A DNA stretch of 64,000 bases from Curvibacter sp. PD_MW3 (GCA_002633085.1 NSIV01000002.1:105602-169601); one strand, 5' to 3'. Shown: positions 40,641 through 49,807, counted from the stretch's first letter. Notes: generated by a model from the sequence alone, not told the origin. Made by a program: numbers and translations.

Positions 40641-41324
40641 TCAATCGCCTTGAATCGCCAGTTTCGCATCCAAATCTACTGCGATTTCGGAGAGAAGTTC
40701 TAGGGATGAGTCGCCAAGCTTGTCCGGTCCGACATGAGCTGCTAAGGATTTGTCGCGGGCGGCCATCAATTCGCTCAGCTCAGCGAGGCACATTCGGATG
40801 GTCGCCTCCACCACCGCGTCAACCTCGGGATGCCCCGTGTCGAGCTCCATGCTCTCAAGCAGCTCCATCGTCAGGTCCGCGCCCAGCATCAGGTCGCCCG
40901 TTACCCAACTGTTTACTGTGAATAGCGAGACGGGCAGGCCCTTGGCGTCGAAGCCGATGGCCAGCAAATGGCGTGTATGGGCATCCGACACAGGATCGCC
41001 ACACAGGCCTGCAAACGCCCTCTCCGACTTGGATCGCAGCCTGCGGCCCCAAAGCGGGCGGCGAGCGAACAGGTGGATATGCCCGTGCTCCGAGGAGCCG
41101 GGCCGGTCCTCGGGGCTGTGCGAGTGGTAGAACCATTGGTAGCCCCGCGAGGCGTCGATCGCGTCGTCCTCCGGGTAGTGGGCCCATTGCTTCGGCGTCG
41201 CGCCTCCAAGAAGGCCTGCGAACAAATGCTCTCCGCGCTCGGCCAACGCGGCGTAGGCTTCAAGAAGTCGCGCGCCCACCCCGTCCACCGAAGCGGAACG
41301 ACGAATGCGCGGGCCCGCCCTCAC
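40641..41324 (-). CDS. Conserved hypothetical protein with a His-rich HSHSPEDRPGSSEHGHIHLF motif (cupin-like metal site?)
   Basis: Coherent coding from about the GTG at 41324, directly after the stop of the upstream Cys-rich gene. The ORF track extension to 41504 reads the Cys-rich gene's repeats in another frame. Confidence 0.55.
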   Translation of the reverse strand: MRAGPRIRRSASVDGVGARLLEAYAALAERGEHLFAGLLGGATPKQWAHYPEDDAIDASRGYQWFYHSHSPEDRPGSSEHGHIHLFARRPLWGRRLRSKSERAFAGLCGDPVSDAHTRHLLAIGFDAKGLPVSLFTVNSWVTGDLMLGADLTMELLESMELDTGHPEVDAVVEATIRMCLAELSELMAARDKSLAAHVGPDKLGDSSLELLSEIAVDLDAKLAIQGD

Positions 41325-41329
41325 GGCGC

Positions 41330-41599
41330 TCAGCTCTTTGGCGCGCACTTGGCCCCGCATTTGGGAGCGCATTTCGCTCCGCACTTGGCTCCGCACTTCG
41401 CGCCGCATTTGGCCGCGCACTTCTTGGCGGCGCATTTCTTCATGGGCTTCGCGCAGCATTTGCCGGCGCACTTCGCGCAGCACTTCGACATCTTGGGAGC
41501 GCACTTGGCCCCGTCCTTCATGTCTTGAGCGGCGGCAGGCAAAGCCAGGGTCGCGGCGGTCAGGGCCGCCAGGGATGCCAGTTTCAAACTTGTCTTCAT
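41330..41599 (-). CDS. Secreted Cys/Lys/Ala-rich tandem-repeat protein (metallothionein-like, periplasmic?)
   Basis: MKTSLKLASLAALTAATLALPAAAQD signal peptide, then 63 aa with about 14 Cys in KC(A/G)AKC repeats encoded by 12-nt tandem repeats. ATG at 41599. Confidence 0.6.
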   Translation of the reverse strand: MKTSLKLASLAALTAATLALPAAAQDMKDGAKCAPKMSKCCAKCAGKCCAKPMKKCAAKKCAAKCGAKCGAKCGAKCAPKCGAKCAPKS

Positions 41600-41847
41600 G
41601 TCGATTCCTTGTGTGGGTTGGTCTGTCGAGGACGATCCTCGCAAGCTAAGAGGAGCCAACATCGCGTTTGGGTTCGCGGCTCTTGAAAAATATTTGCGGA
41701 CACGGTTGCAATGCCTGGAAATGAGGACGGGAGAGGCTCAATCTGTAAGAAATAAGCCTTCACGCCGACAAATAAAAAATATTTCACTCGCCGCGAATCC
41801 TTTTGGCCGGAAGCACCCTCTTACTCCCAAACAACCGAAGGAACGCC

Positions 41848-42273
41848 ATGGCCAAACTCTCCAAGACCCTCGCCCCAGCCCTGTTCGCCCTGCTTGCCGC
41901 CACGGGAGCCTTTGCAGCCGGCGACCCGGGTGCCTCGATCACCAGGCCAGCCGGCTACAAGCCGCAGGCAGGAGATGCTGCCCTTGGCGAGAAGCTTTTC
42001 AACGACACCAAGCTCTCCACCAACGGCATGAGCTGCGCGAGCTGCCACGCCAACCATGGCGCTTTCCAGGCCAGTTTCGCCAAGCCCTATCCCCACACCG
42101 TCGCCATGGCAAAGGAGCAGCTTGGCCGCAAGACGGTCCATCTCGACGAAATGGTGCAAGGCTGCATGGTCATGCCCATGGCCGCCAAGCCGCTGCCCTG
42201 GGACTCCAAGGAGCTTGCCGCCTTGACCGCCTACACCGCCTCGCTTCAAAAGACTTTCAAACCTTCCCGCTAA
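41848..42273 (+). CDS. Secreted c-type cytochrome (monohaem)
   Basis: Signal peptide and a single CASCH haem-binding motif. ATG at 41848. Confidence 0.8.
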   Translation: MAKLSKTLAPALFALLAATGAFAAGDPGASITRPAGYKPQAGDAALGEKLFNDTKLSTNGMSCASCHANHGAFQASFAKPYPHTVAMAKEQLGRKTVHLDEMVQGCMVMPMAAKPLPWDSKELAALTAYTASLQKTFKPSR

Positions 42274-42294
42274 CCTACCCCTAAGGAGACTCCC

Positions 42295-42681
42295 ATGAAC
42301 TTTGCTAAAGCAGCCATTCTCTTCGCCCTCTCCGCCGCCGCGTCCATCGCGATGGCCGGTGAAATCAAACCCTACACCCAGGCCGAGTTCGACAAGCTCG
42401 CCGCCGACGGCAAAGCGGTTGTCGTCGATGTCAGCGCGACTTGGTGCCCGACCTGCAAAGAGCAAAAACCCATCGTCGATGGCCTGATGAAGCAGCCCGC
42501 CTACAAAGACGTAACGCTGCTGACCGTGGACTTTGACAAGGAGAAGCCCACGCTCAAGAAGTTCAAGGTCTCCATGCAGAGCACCTTGGTGGCTTTCAAG
42601 GGAGGCAAGGAAGTGGGCCGCTCCACGGGAGACACCACCCCCGAAGGCCTTGAAGGCTTGGTCAAGAAGACGGTCCAGTGA
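42295..42681 (+). CDS. Secreted thioredoxin-family protein
   Basis: Signal peptide and the WCPTC active site. Confidence 0.85.
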   Translation: MNFAKAAILFALSAAASIAMAGEIKPYTQAEFDKLAADGKAVVVDVSATWCPTCKEQKPIVDGLMKQPAYKDVTLLTVDFDKEKPTLKKFKVSMQSTLVAFKGGKEVGRSTGDTTPEGLEGLVKKTVQ

Positions 42682-43409
42682 TGGAGTTCGGGCTCGGCTC
42701 CTACGGATTCGGCTTCCTGGCGGGCGTGCTCTCCACGCTCTCGCCTTGCGTGCTGCCCATCATCCCCATCCTGCTGGGGACGGCTGCCAACGCGCACCCG
42801 CGCGCGCCGCTGGCCCTTGCCGGGGGCCTGGCCATCTCCTACGCCGTGATAGGCACGGGCCTGGCCTGGGCGGGCTCCGCCTTGGACCTCGACCCATCCA
42901 TCTTCCGATCGGTCGGCGCCGCGATCCTGGGGATGCTGGGCTTGGTGCTGATGTCCACCAGCCTTCAGCAACGCTTCGCCTCGGCCACCTCCGGCATCGG
43001 CGACGCCGGCAACAACCTGATCTCGCGCATGAATCTCGACGGCCTTTGGGGGCAGTTCGCCATCGGCCTGGTCTTGGGCGTGGTGTGGAGCCCCTGTGTG
43101 GGGCCAACGCTGGGAGCGGCTGTGGTGCTGGCGAGCCAAGGCTCGCAACTGCTCCAAGTGGCGTTGCTGATGGGCATCTTCGGGATCGGAGCCGCCCTGC
43201 CTATCGTGGCCCTGGCGTATGTCGGACGCGGCGCCATGATGAAGATGCGCGGCAAACTCATGCAGGCCGGTAAAACTGGCAAGATCCTGATGGGCGCGGT
43301 CATGATCGCATTGGCGGCCATGATCCTCTCTGGCGCGGACAAGCCGATCGAGTCTTGGCTGGTAGACCATTCGCCAGCTTGGCTCACACACCTTACCACG
43401 CGGTTCTAA
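42678..43409 (+). CDS. Cytochrome c biogenesis CcdA/DsbD-type transmembrane thiol-disulfide transporter
   Basis: LSTLSPCVLPIIPILLG and VWSPCVGPTLGAA conserved Cys-Pro motifs with a 6-TM profile. Confidence 0.85.
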   Translation: MMEFGLGSYGFGFLAGVLSTLSPCVLPIIPILLGTAANAHPRAPLALAGGLAISYAVIGTGLAWAGSALDLDPSIFRSVGAAILGMLGLVLMSTSLQQRFASATSGIGDAGNNLISRMNLDGLWGQFAIGLVLGVVWSPCVGPTLGAAVVLASQGSQLLQVALLMGIFGIGAALPIVALAYVGRGAMMKMRGKLMQAGKTGKILMGAVMIALAAMILSGADKPIESWLVDHSPAWLTHLTTRF

Positions 43410-43429
43410 ATACCCATTACGGAGATTCC

Positions 43430-44158
43430 ATGCGGATCAAAGCAGCGACTTTCGACACAGGCGGAACCATCTTGGATTGGCACACGGGCATTCGGGATGC
43501 CTTCGCTGAAATCGGCAAGGCGCATGGAATCCAAAAGGATTGGGGACTGCTGACCAACCAATACCGGCGCCTTTCGATGAAGGGCATCGTCGGCCAATGC
43601 CAACCAGCCTTCAACATGGACGACGTCCATCGCCGAACGCTCGACGATATTTGCCAGGCCAACGACCTCGCTGTGTTCACGTCGGAAGATCGCGCCCACA
43701 TATCGAGCGCTTGGCACAGGCTGTCGGTATGGCCTGACTTCGCCGCCGCATTGAGCTCCATCCGAGAGAGCATCCCCGCCATTTCGTTCACCATGCTGCC
43801 GCTGTCGCTGGTGGTCGATGTTTCCCGACTCAACGGCTTCACTTGGGATGCGGTCATCTCCTGCGAGGAAATCGGCCACTACAAGCCAGACCCGCGGGCA
43901 TATCACCAAGTCGCCAAGTGGCTCGCCATGGAACCGGGCGAAATCATGATGGTCGCTTGCCACAACTTCGACCTCAATGCAGCCCGCGCTTGTGGATTCA
44001 AAACCGCCTTTGTTCGCAGGCCGAACGAATGGGGATGTGAGGCGCCTCCCGACCCGACACCGCACCCGGATTGCGATTTCGTCTTCGATGGATTCGAGCA
44101 GCTTGCCCAAGCCATCCGCGACATGGGATTGCCTGCCGGCAACCCCACAAATCATTGA
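43430..44158 (+). CDS. HAD-superfamily hydrolase (2-haloacid dehalogenase-like)
   Basis: Motif I ATFDTGGTILDW, a later SCEEIGHYKPDPRAY and VACHNFDLNAA. GGAGA RBS before the ATG at 43430. Confidence 0.7.
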   Translation: MRIKAATFDTGGTILDWHTGIRDAFAEIGKAHGIQKDWGLLTNQYRRLSMKGIVGQCQPAFNMDDVHRRTLDDICQANDLAVFTSEDRAHISSAWHRLSVWPDFAAALSSIRESIPAISFTMLPLSLVVDVSRLNGFTWDAVISCEEIGHYKPDPRAYHQVAKWLAMEPGEIMMVACHNFDLNAARACGFKTAFVRRPNEWGCEAPPDPTPHPDCDFVFDGFEQLAQAIRDMGLPAGNPTNH

Positions 44159-44208
44159 CTTCAAACTCAAACAACTGTTATCTGTTTTCACCCACTTAGG
44201 AACACACC

Positions 44209-44724
44209 ATGTCCAAAACGCTATTTCGCCCCACACTCATTTCCGCCGCCTTCGCGCTAGCCGCATCCATGCTCTTCGGCTCCGCCGCCATGGCCGATCC
44301 GCTCAACGTGCAGGCCACCATGGTCCCCAAAGAGCAGATCAAGCTCGACTTCAAGGACGGCTCAGGCCACTTCGTCCTGATGGTCCGCCGCGAGGGAACC
44401 GCCGCAGGGACAGGCTTGCTTGATGGCACCCAGATCGTTGAGTTCGGCCGCCATGACATCATCCCTGGCGTCGCAGGAGACCCCAGCGGCTACCTGGTCG
44501 CCACCAAGGGCGAAGGCAACGTCGCCTACATCAAGTGGACCGTGCGCGCGATCTTCCTGCCTGGCAAGGATGGCAAGCCCGAGCTCAACGACAACGGCTT
44601 CTGGGAAGTCGTCTCCGGCACGGGAACCTTCAAGGGCCTGAAAGGCGCTGGCACCTTGCACATCAAGTCGGCCAACCCCACGGATCGCATCTTCATCCTC
44701 GATGGCCAACTGGCTTCGCAATAA
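44209..44724 (+). CDS. Secreted hypothetical protein
   Basis: Signal peptide ..LFGSAAMA, 171 aa, no recognised motif. Confidence 0.5.
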   Translation: MSKTLFRPTLISAAFALAASMLFGSAAMADPLNVQATMVPKEQIKLDFKDGSGHFVLMVRREGTAAGTGLLDGTQIVEFGRHDIIPGVAGDPSGYLVATKGEGNVAYIKWTVRAIFLPGKDGKPELNDNGFWEVVSGTGTFKGLKGAGTLHIKSANPTDRIFILDGQLASQ

Positions 44725-44829
44725 CACCAAGGGACGCTAGATCGCGCGCCTACAGCCTCGGCAAGCAGCCGCCAAACTTTCGAGGCAGGCAATGATGGAT
44801 CCCGCCGGAGAATTCCGGCGGGCTGGGAC

Positions 44830-45060
44830 ATGAAAGAGACTCTTCGAACTGCCGCCTCCAAGAAGATCGCCACGAGCTCGCTTCGAATCGCGCTGGCGGT
44901 GGGCACCGCGCTGAATTTGATCAACCAGTGGAGCGCGATCTTCGGCAGCGCGGACTTCTCTTGGCTCCACGGATTGCTGAACTACTTGGTTCCCTTCTGC
45001 GTCGCCAGCTACAGCGCGGCGAGGCATCACATCGCCAGCGCGCGGGAGCCCAGGCCATGA
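44830..45060 (+). CDS. nrtS: NrtS-family small membrane protein (putative nitrate/nitrite transporter)
   Basis: SLRIALAVGTALNLINQ...LLNYLVPFCVASYS matches the NrtS family pattern. Its stop overlaps the AraC gene start. Confidence 0.65.
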   Translation: MKETLRTAASKKIATSSLRIALAVGTALNLINQWSAIFGSADFSWLHGLLNYLVPFCVASYSAARHHIASAREPRP

Positions 45061-45890
45061 GCGACCCGCTCGATCGACTCCTCTCCCAGTTCTCCTTGCG
45101 AGCAGGCGTCTTCTACACCGGCAACATCTGCGGCCTCCATGATTTCGAGCGCGACGAGCAAAGGGGCCACCTCCACGTGGTCAAGCGCGGACCCGTCGCG
45201 CTGATCAACCCAGGCCGGCCAGACCTATCGGTCGAGCGGCCATCGCTCATCTACCTCCCGCGACCGGAGCGGCACCGCCTCGTGGCCGACGAGCGCGAAG
45301 GGGCCGACGTCGTGTGCGCGACCGTGCTCACAGGGGTCGGCGGCCGCAACCCCATATCGGACTCCTTGCCGGACATGGTTCTCATAGAGTTGGGGGCCAA
45401 TCCTGGGTTTGGACGGATCCTCGATGTGATGTTCGACGAGGCGTTCGGCTCCGGCAGCGGCCGCCAAGGCGCTCTCGACCGCCTATGCGAAGTCCTGACC
45501 ATCCGCATGCTGCGCCATTGCCTCGAGCACGGGCTCATATCCGGAGGCGCCCTCGCCGGGCTCGCCGACCCGAAGCTCGCGAAGGCCCTCGACGCCATCC
45601 ACCTCTCGCCGACGGACCGTTGGGACTTGCAGTCCATGGCTGAACGAGCGGGCATGTCGCGGGCGCGCTTCGCGGAGCACTTCCATGCGGTCGTTGGAGC
45701 TCCCCCCGCCGAATATTTGACGTCCTGGCGGCTCATGCTCGCGCGAAGGCTGCTGGCCAAAGGCGTGGCCGCGAAGGCTGTCGCCACGCGAGTCGGCTAC
45801 GGAAGCTCCAGCGCGCTGCACCGCGCCTTTGTTCGCAAGTTCGGGCAATCGCCGTCCGACTGGCTCAAAGATCGCGCCCGCGAGGGCTGA
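45057..45890 (+). CDS. AraC-family transcriptional regulator with an N-terminal cupin-like domain
   Basis: C-terminal WDLQSMAERAGMSRARFAEHF...GYGSSSALHRAFVRKFG double HTH. Confidence 0.85.
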   Translation: MSDPLDRLLSQFSLRAGVFYTGNICGLHDFERDEQRGHLHVVKRGPVALINPGRPDLSVERPSLIYLPRPERHRLVADEREGADVVCATVLTGVGGRNPISDSLPDMVLIELGANPGFGRILDVMFDEAFGSGSGRQGALDRLCEVLTIRMLRHCLEHGLISGGALAGLADPKLAKALDAIHLSPTDRWDLQSMAERAGMSRARFAEHFHAVVGAPPAEYLTSWRLMLARRLLAKGVAAKAVATRVGYGSSSALHRAFVRKFGQSPSDWLKDRAREG

Positions 45891-46039
45891 GGCCTAAGCA
45901 GTCGGCGCTTTTGGAACGCGCGGACACTTCATTGAGACGATCGGGCAACTTTGTTGACCGTGCAAAACCTAGGATGAACACAGCCTGTCGCGGCGAACGC
46001 TCGCGACACCGAGGCTGCCTTTCAACCCAGGAGAAACCA

Positions 46040-46600
46040 ATGGCTTATCTCAAAACCCTTTCCGCCGTCGATCACGCCCAAGCTGAGGGCGCGCAAAAGC
46101 AAATGCTCGACACCGCCCTCAAGCAGGTCGGCTTCATCCCGAACATGTATGCCAACATGGTCAACGCCCCCGCCCTGCTCGCGACCTACCTGAGCGGCTA
46201 CTCGAGCTTTCGCGGCGAATCGGGCTTCACCCCCGCCGAGCAGGAGGTTGTCTTCCTGGCGGTCAGCATGGCCAACGGATGCACGTATTGCGCTGCCGCG
46301 CACAGCATGATCGCCGACAAGATGTCCGGGGTCCCGGGGCCCGTGCTCCAAGCGATCCGACAAGGGCAGACGCTTCCGGATGCGAAGCTTTCCGCGCTCT
46401 ACGAATTGACCCAGGAGATGGTGGCAACCAACGGGCGGCCGTCCCACGCGAAGCTGGACGCGTATCTCCAAGCAGGCTACTCGGAGCAAAGCATCCTCTA
46501 CATCGTGCTGGCCACGGCCGTGAAGGTCCTGAGCAATTACTCCAACCACGCGTTCGGCACTCAGGTGGACGATCGCTTCGCTGCCTACAAACTGGCGTGA
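46040..46600 (+). CDS. Carboxymuconolactone decarboxylase / AhpD-like family protein
   Basis: PNMYANMVNAPALL...EQEVVFLAVSMANGCTYCAAAHS contains the CxxC of the AhpD fold. ATG at 46040 after GGAGA. Confidence 0.8.
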   Translation: MAYLKTLSAVDHAQAEGAQKQMLDTALKQVGFIPNMYANMVNAPALLATYLSGYSSFRGESGFTPAEQEVVFLAVSMANGCTYCAAAHSMIADKMSGVPGPVLQAIRQGQTLPDAKLSALYELTQEMVATNGRPSHAKLDAYLQAGYSEQSILYIVLATAVKVLSNYSNHAFGTQVDDRFAAYKLA

Positions 46601-46675
46601 TCCAACAGGCCGGCCAGGCGCCGGCTTGTTCGAACCGCGGCTCCAAGCCGCCAATAAAAACACAAGGGATAACCC

Positions 46676-47131
46676 ATGAACAAAAACGTCATCATCGCCA
46701 GGCCCCACCCTTTCATCGTCGAATCAATGAAGCCATTTCTCGAGGAAGCTGGATTTAGCGTCTCAAAGCTCGGAAGCATCGACGAGATCATGGCTCAGAC
46801 GCAACGCTCAGCTGGAGCGATCATCTCCCTAGCCCTTTCCTCGCCGATTCAAGAAAGCGCTCAGGAAGTTTTCGTCCGCCTGCGGGGAGCCTCCGCCCGG
46901 ACGCCCGTCTTGTTCGCCTCGATGTTGCCAATCGAGAAAATCGCCAGCACCCTCGAAGCGCTCGCCAAGAACAATGGAATAGCAGCCAACATCCTGGGCT
47001 ACGCGTCGCCACCTTCGAATTGGGGCAGCCTAGGCAAGCCTGAAACCTTCCTCTACCTTTCCAAAGCCGACCTCGATGCGGCGGATCGCCGAACCATCCT
47101 GGCTCAAATGACTCGACGCCACTTCCAATGA
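46676..47131 (+). CDS. Hypothetical protein
   Basis: 151-aa ORF with a plausible RBS and no recognised motif. Confidence 0.45.
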   Translation: MNKNVIIARPHPFIVESMKPFLEEAGFSVSKLGSIDEIMAQTQRSAGAIISLALSSPIQESAQEVFVRLRGASARTPVLFASMLPIEKIASTLEALAKNNGIAANILGYASPPSNWGSLGKPETFLYLSKADLDAADRRTILAQMTRRHFQ

Positions 47132-47305
47132 CAATATTTGGCAAAGCGCACGGCCAGAGGCTTGGATGTGTCAGCCCCCAACATGCTTGCTTGCCAAAAC
47201 GACCAACGGATGAAATAAATACAAAGGATCGCGAATCGTTTTGGCTCGATGGCCCCTCTTAGCAAGGGAGGATGGTCCTCGAACCAACATTCAAAGGAGA
47301 TCGCA

Positions 47306-47512
47306 ATGTTCTACGCAAAAAACGTCCCCGGCTGGGAGCGCATCGTTCGCATCGTCATGGGCGTGATGGCCCTGGCCTTCGCCGCCATGAGCTGGGGCTC
47401 GCCCTTGGCGATGGGAGCGGGCGTCATGGGCGCTGTGCTGTCCATGACAGGCATGGTGGGCTTCTGCCCCATGTGCGCCATGGTCGGCCGCAAACTCGAC
47501 AAGGCTAGCTGA
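47306..47512 (+). CDS. DUF2892 (YgaP-like) small membrane protein
   Basis: NVPGWERIVRIVMG...GFCPMCAMVG is the family signature. AGGAGA lies before the ATG at 47306. Confidence 0.7.
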   Translation: MFYAKNVPGWERIVRIVMGVMALAFAAMSWGSPLAMGAGVMGAVLSMTGMVGFCPMCAMVGRKLDKAS

Positions 47513-47514
47513 TC

Positions 47515-48096
47515 GTGGAGACCTTGGCGGAACGCTCCAATCTCGTCTTGGCCGCTCAGACAGGAGACCCGGCGGCCATCACGCGACTGCTGGCGGTCTG
47601 CCAGGCCGACGCCCGCCGCTACGCGCGGCGCCATTGCCAGGCCAGCGACGTGGACGACGCCGTCCAGGAGTCGCTGCTGGTGATTTCCCGCAAGGTCAAG
47701 GGATTGAAGGCCGCCGCCGCCTTTTCCTCCTGGCTCTTCACCGTCATCAAGCGCGAGTGCCGCAAGCTCGAGCGGATGATGTTCAGCACAGAGGAACTCG
47801 ACGAGGACAAGGTCGAGCAGCAACTCGTCTGCCGCGCCGACAACGATCTTCGAATCGACCTCGCCAACGCGTTGGAGTCCCTTCCTGCCCACTACCTCGA
47901 AGTGGTGCTGCTTCGCGACTTCGAAGAGCTCACCATCGCCGAGATTGCCGAGCGGCTCGAAGAGAACCCGGCGGCCATCAAGAGCCGACTGCACCGCGCG
48001 CGCGAACTGGTGCGCGAATACTTGCTCGCCCCAGCGGCGGGTAGCGACACGGCCCAAAAGTCACAAGCCAAAAATACAACAAGGAGGGCCCCATGA
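47515..48096 (+). CDS. ECF-type RNA polymerase sigma-70 factor
   Basis: Region 2 (DVDDAVQESLLVI...FSSWLFTVIKRE) and region 4 (YLEVVLLRDFEELTIAEIAERL). GTG start 3 nt after the upstream stop. Confidence 0.85.
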   Translation: METLAERSNLVLAAQTGDPAAITRLLAVCQADARRYARRHCQASDVDDAVQESLLVISRKVKGLKAAAAFSSWLFTVIKRECRKLERMMFSTEELDEDKVEQQLVCRADNDLRIDLANALESLPAHYLEVVLLRDFEELTIAEIAERLEENPAAIKSRLHRARELVREYLLAPAAGSDTAQKSQAKNTTRRAP

Positions 48097-48479
48097 ACTG
48101 GCCTGGAATCCTAGTCGGCGGGTTGATCGCGCTCATCGTCGGCATGCAACTGTTCATGTGGATTCGCGCCAAGCGCAGCGTGGGCAACCCCGCCCCCGAC
48201 ACTTCCGCGATCGACGGGCCCGCGGCCGCCGACAAGCGCAGGCTCTACTACTTCTACTCGGCGAGCTGCGGCCCATGCCGGGCGATCAAGCCGATGGTGG
48301 AGAAGCTGCGCCAAGCGCATCGCAACCTGATCCCGGTTGATGTTTCGCAGAACCTCGATCTCGCTCGCAAATTCGGCATCGCCGGCACCCCAAGCTTCAT
48401 CCTCGTCGTCGACGGACAAATCGAACAGGTCTTGCTTGGAGGGCAAACCGAAGGCAAGCTCATTGGCATGCTTCGTTGA
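48093..48479 (+). CDS. Membrane-anchored thioredoxin-family protein
   Basis: N-terminal TM helix, YFYSASCGPCRAIKP active site and GTPSF. It overlaps the sigma-factor stop by 4 nt. Confidence 0.8.
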   Translation: MNWPGILVGGLIALIVGMQLFMWIRAKRSVGNPAPDTSAIDGPAAADKRRLYYFYSASCGPCRAIKPMVEKLRQAHRNLIPVDVSQNLDLARKFGIAGTPSFILVVDGQIEQVLLGGQTEGKLIGMLR

Positions 48480-48567
48480 AGCCAGGGCATCGCGCTAATC
48501 ACGCCTGCGGGCCTATAAGATGGAACATAAGCGGAAGGAGCCGACCGCGAATATCTGAGGAGCTAGG

Positions 48568-49509
48568 ATGACAAACAAATCGTGGTTGGCTCGCCTATTG
48601 AGCTTGATGGGGCCATCGGACGCAACGAACGAAAAGGCTGCCAGCTCGGAAGCCTCGCGCCAACTCCTCGCGAGCCTGCTGAACATGGCTTGGTTCGTCG
48701 AAGCCAGAGACCCCTACACAGGCGGGCACCTCTGGCGGGTTTCCCGCTACTCCCGCATGGTCGCCGAGCAGGCCGGACTCGGGAGCAAAGCGGCAGCCAG
48801 CATTGGGCTCGGAGGGTTCCTGCACGACCTTGGCAAAATCGCCGTGCCCGACTCGATCTTGCGCAAGGCCGGCAAGCTCACCGACGAGGAATACGACGTC
48901 ATCAAGACTCACCCCAGCGTCGGCTCGCGCATGCTCGCGGGACACCCGCTTGGACACATGGTCGAAGACGCGGTGCTGCTGCACCACGAGCGCCCCGACG
49001 GGCTTGGCTACCCCTTCGGCCGCTCCGCGGACCTCCCCAACATGGCCCTAGTCGTAGGCGTGTGCGACGCCTTTGACGCCATGACCAGCCACAGGCCATA
49101 CCGCGCGGGCATGCCGATCGAAAAAGCCATCGCGATTATCCAAGGAGAAGCCGGCAAGCAATTCGACCCGCGTTTCTGCTCTTCGCTTTCAGCCTTGGCC
49201 AAGGATGGCGCTCTCGTGCACGTGGCCGGCCACAGCGACGTGGGCATCCCCTTGCAAAGCTGCCCCAATTGCGGCCCAACCCTGGCCTTGACGCGAAACA
49301 GCCAGGCCGGAAAGCTCATCTATTGCCGCAACTGCACAGGGCAATTCAAACTGGCCTCAGACAGCGGCGGGAAGCTCTTCGCCGAGCCCACTGGCGAAAT
49401 GGGCAAGCCAAACGACTTGATGCCAGAGCTCGACCATGACCTCATCAAGCACACCATTCGGGAAGCGGTCGATGAGTTGCCGAGCCTGCTCGAACTCGAA
49501 GAACAATAA
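48568..49509 (+). CDS. HD-GYP domain protein (c-di-GMP phosphodiesterase family) with a C-terminal CxxC...CxxC zinc-ribbon-like tail
   Basis: EARDPYTGGHLWRVSRY, LHDLGKIAVPDSIL, HHERPDGLGYP, and a tail CPNCGP...YCRNCTG. Confidence 0.85.
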   Translation: MTNKSWLARLLSLMGPSDATNEKAASSEASRQLLASLLNMAWFVEARDPYTGGHLWRVSRYSRMVAEQAGLGSKAAASIGLGGFLHDLGKIAVPDSILRKAGKLTDEEYDVIKTHPSVGSRMLAGHPLGHMVEDAVLLHHERPDGLGYPFGRSADLPNMALVVGVCDAFDAMTSHRPYRAGMPIEKAIAIIQGEAGKQFDPRFCSSLSALAKDGALVHVAGHSDVGIPLQSCPNCGPTLALTRNSQAGKLIYCRNCTGQFKLASDSGGKLFAEPTGEMGKPNDLMPELDHDLIKHTIREAVDELPSLLELEEQ

Positions 49510-49564
49510 GCTGTGACCGACTTATCTCGACCGGCCGCTTCTCACACCTTAAAGGCTGCGACCC

Positions 49565-49807
49565 ATGAGCGATGAAGTTCTGCCCCGATCCGTGCTGACA
49601 TGCCCTGCGTGCGGACACCAAGCCGAGCTTCAAATGCCCACCGACTCTTGCCTGTTCTTCCACGAGTGCGAGGCATGCGAGACCGTTCTGAGACCGAACC
49701 CCGGCGACTGCTGCGTCTTTTGCAGCTTCGGCTCCGTCAAATGCCCGCCCATTCAACTCGCCGCAATGGGTGGCGACTCGGACACTTGCGGGAGTTGCTG
49801 CGGCTAG
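49565..49807 (+). CDS. GDCCVxC-domain small Cys-rich protein
   Basis: CPACGH..ECEACE..NPGDCCVFCSFGSVKCPP, 80 aa. Confidence 0.7.
   Translation: MSDEVLPRSVLTCPACGHQAELQMPTDSCLFFHECEACETVLRPNPGDCCVFCSFGSVKCPPIQLAAMGGDSDTCGSCCG

Noticed and set aside
41325-41504. The N-terminal extension of the 40641-41504 ORF (MRSQDVEVLREVRRQMLRE...RSQVRSEMRSQMRGQVR).
   Set aside because: It is an Arg-rich periodic sequence produced by reading the 12-nt Cys-repeat gene in another frame of the same strand. The signal-peptide-bearing Cys-rich frame is the more plausible gene, and a GTG at 41324 gives a clean non-overlapping start.
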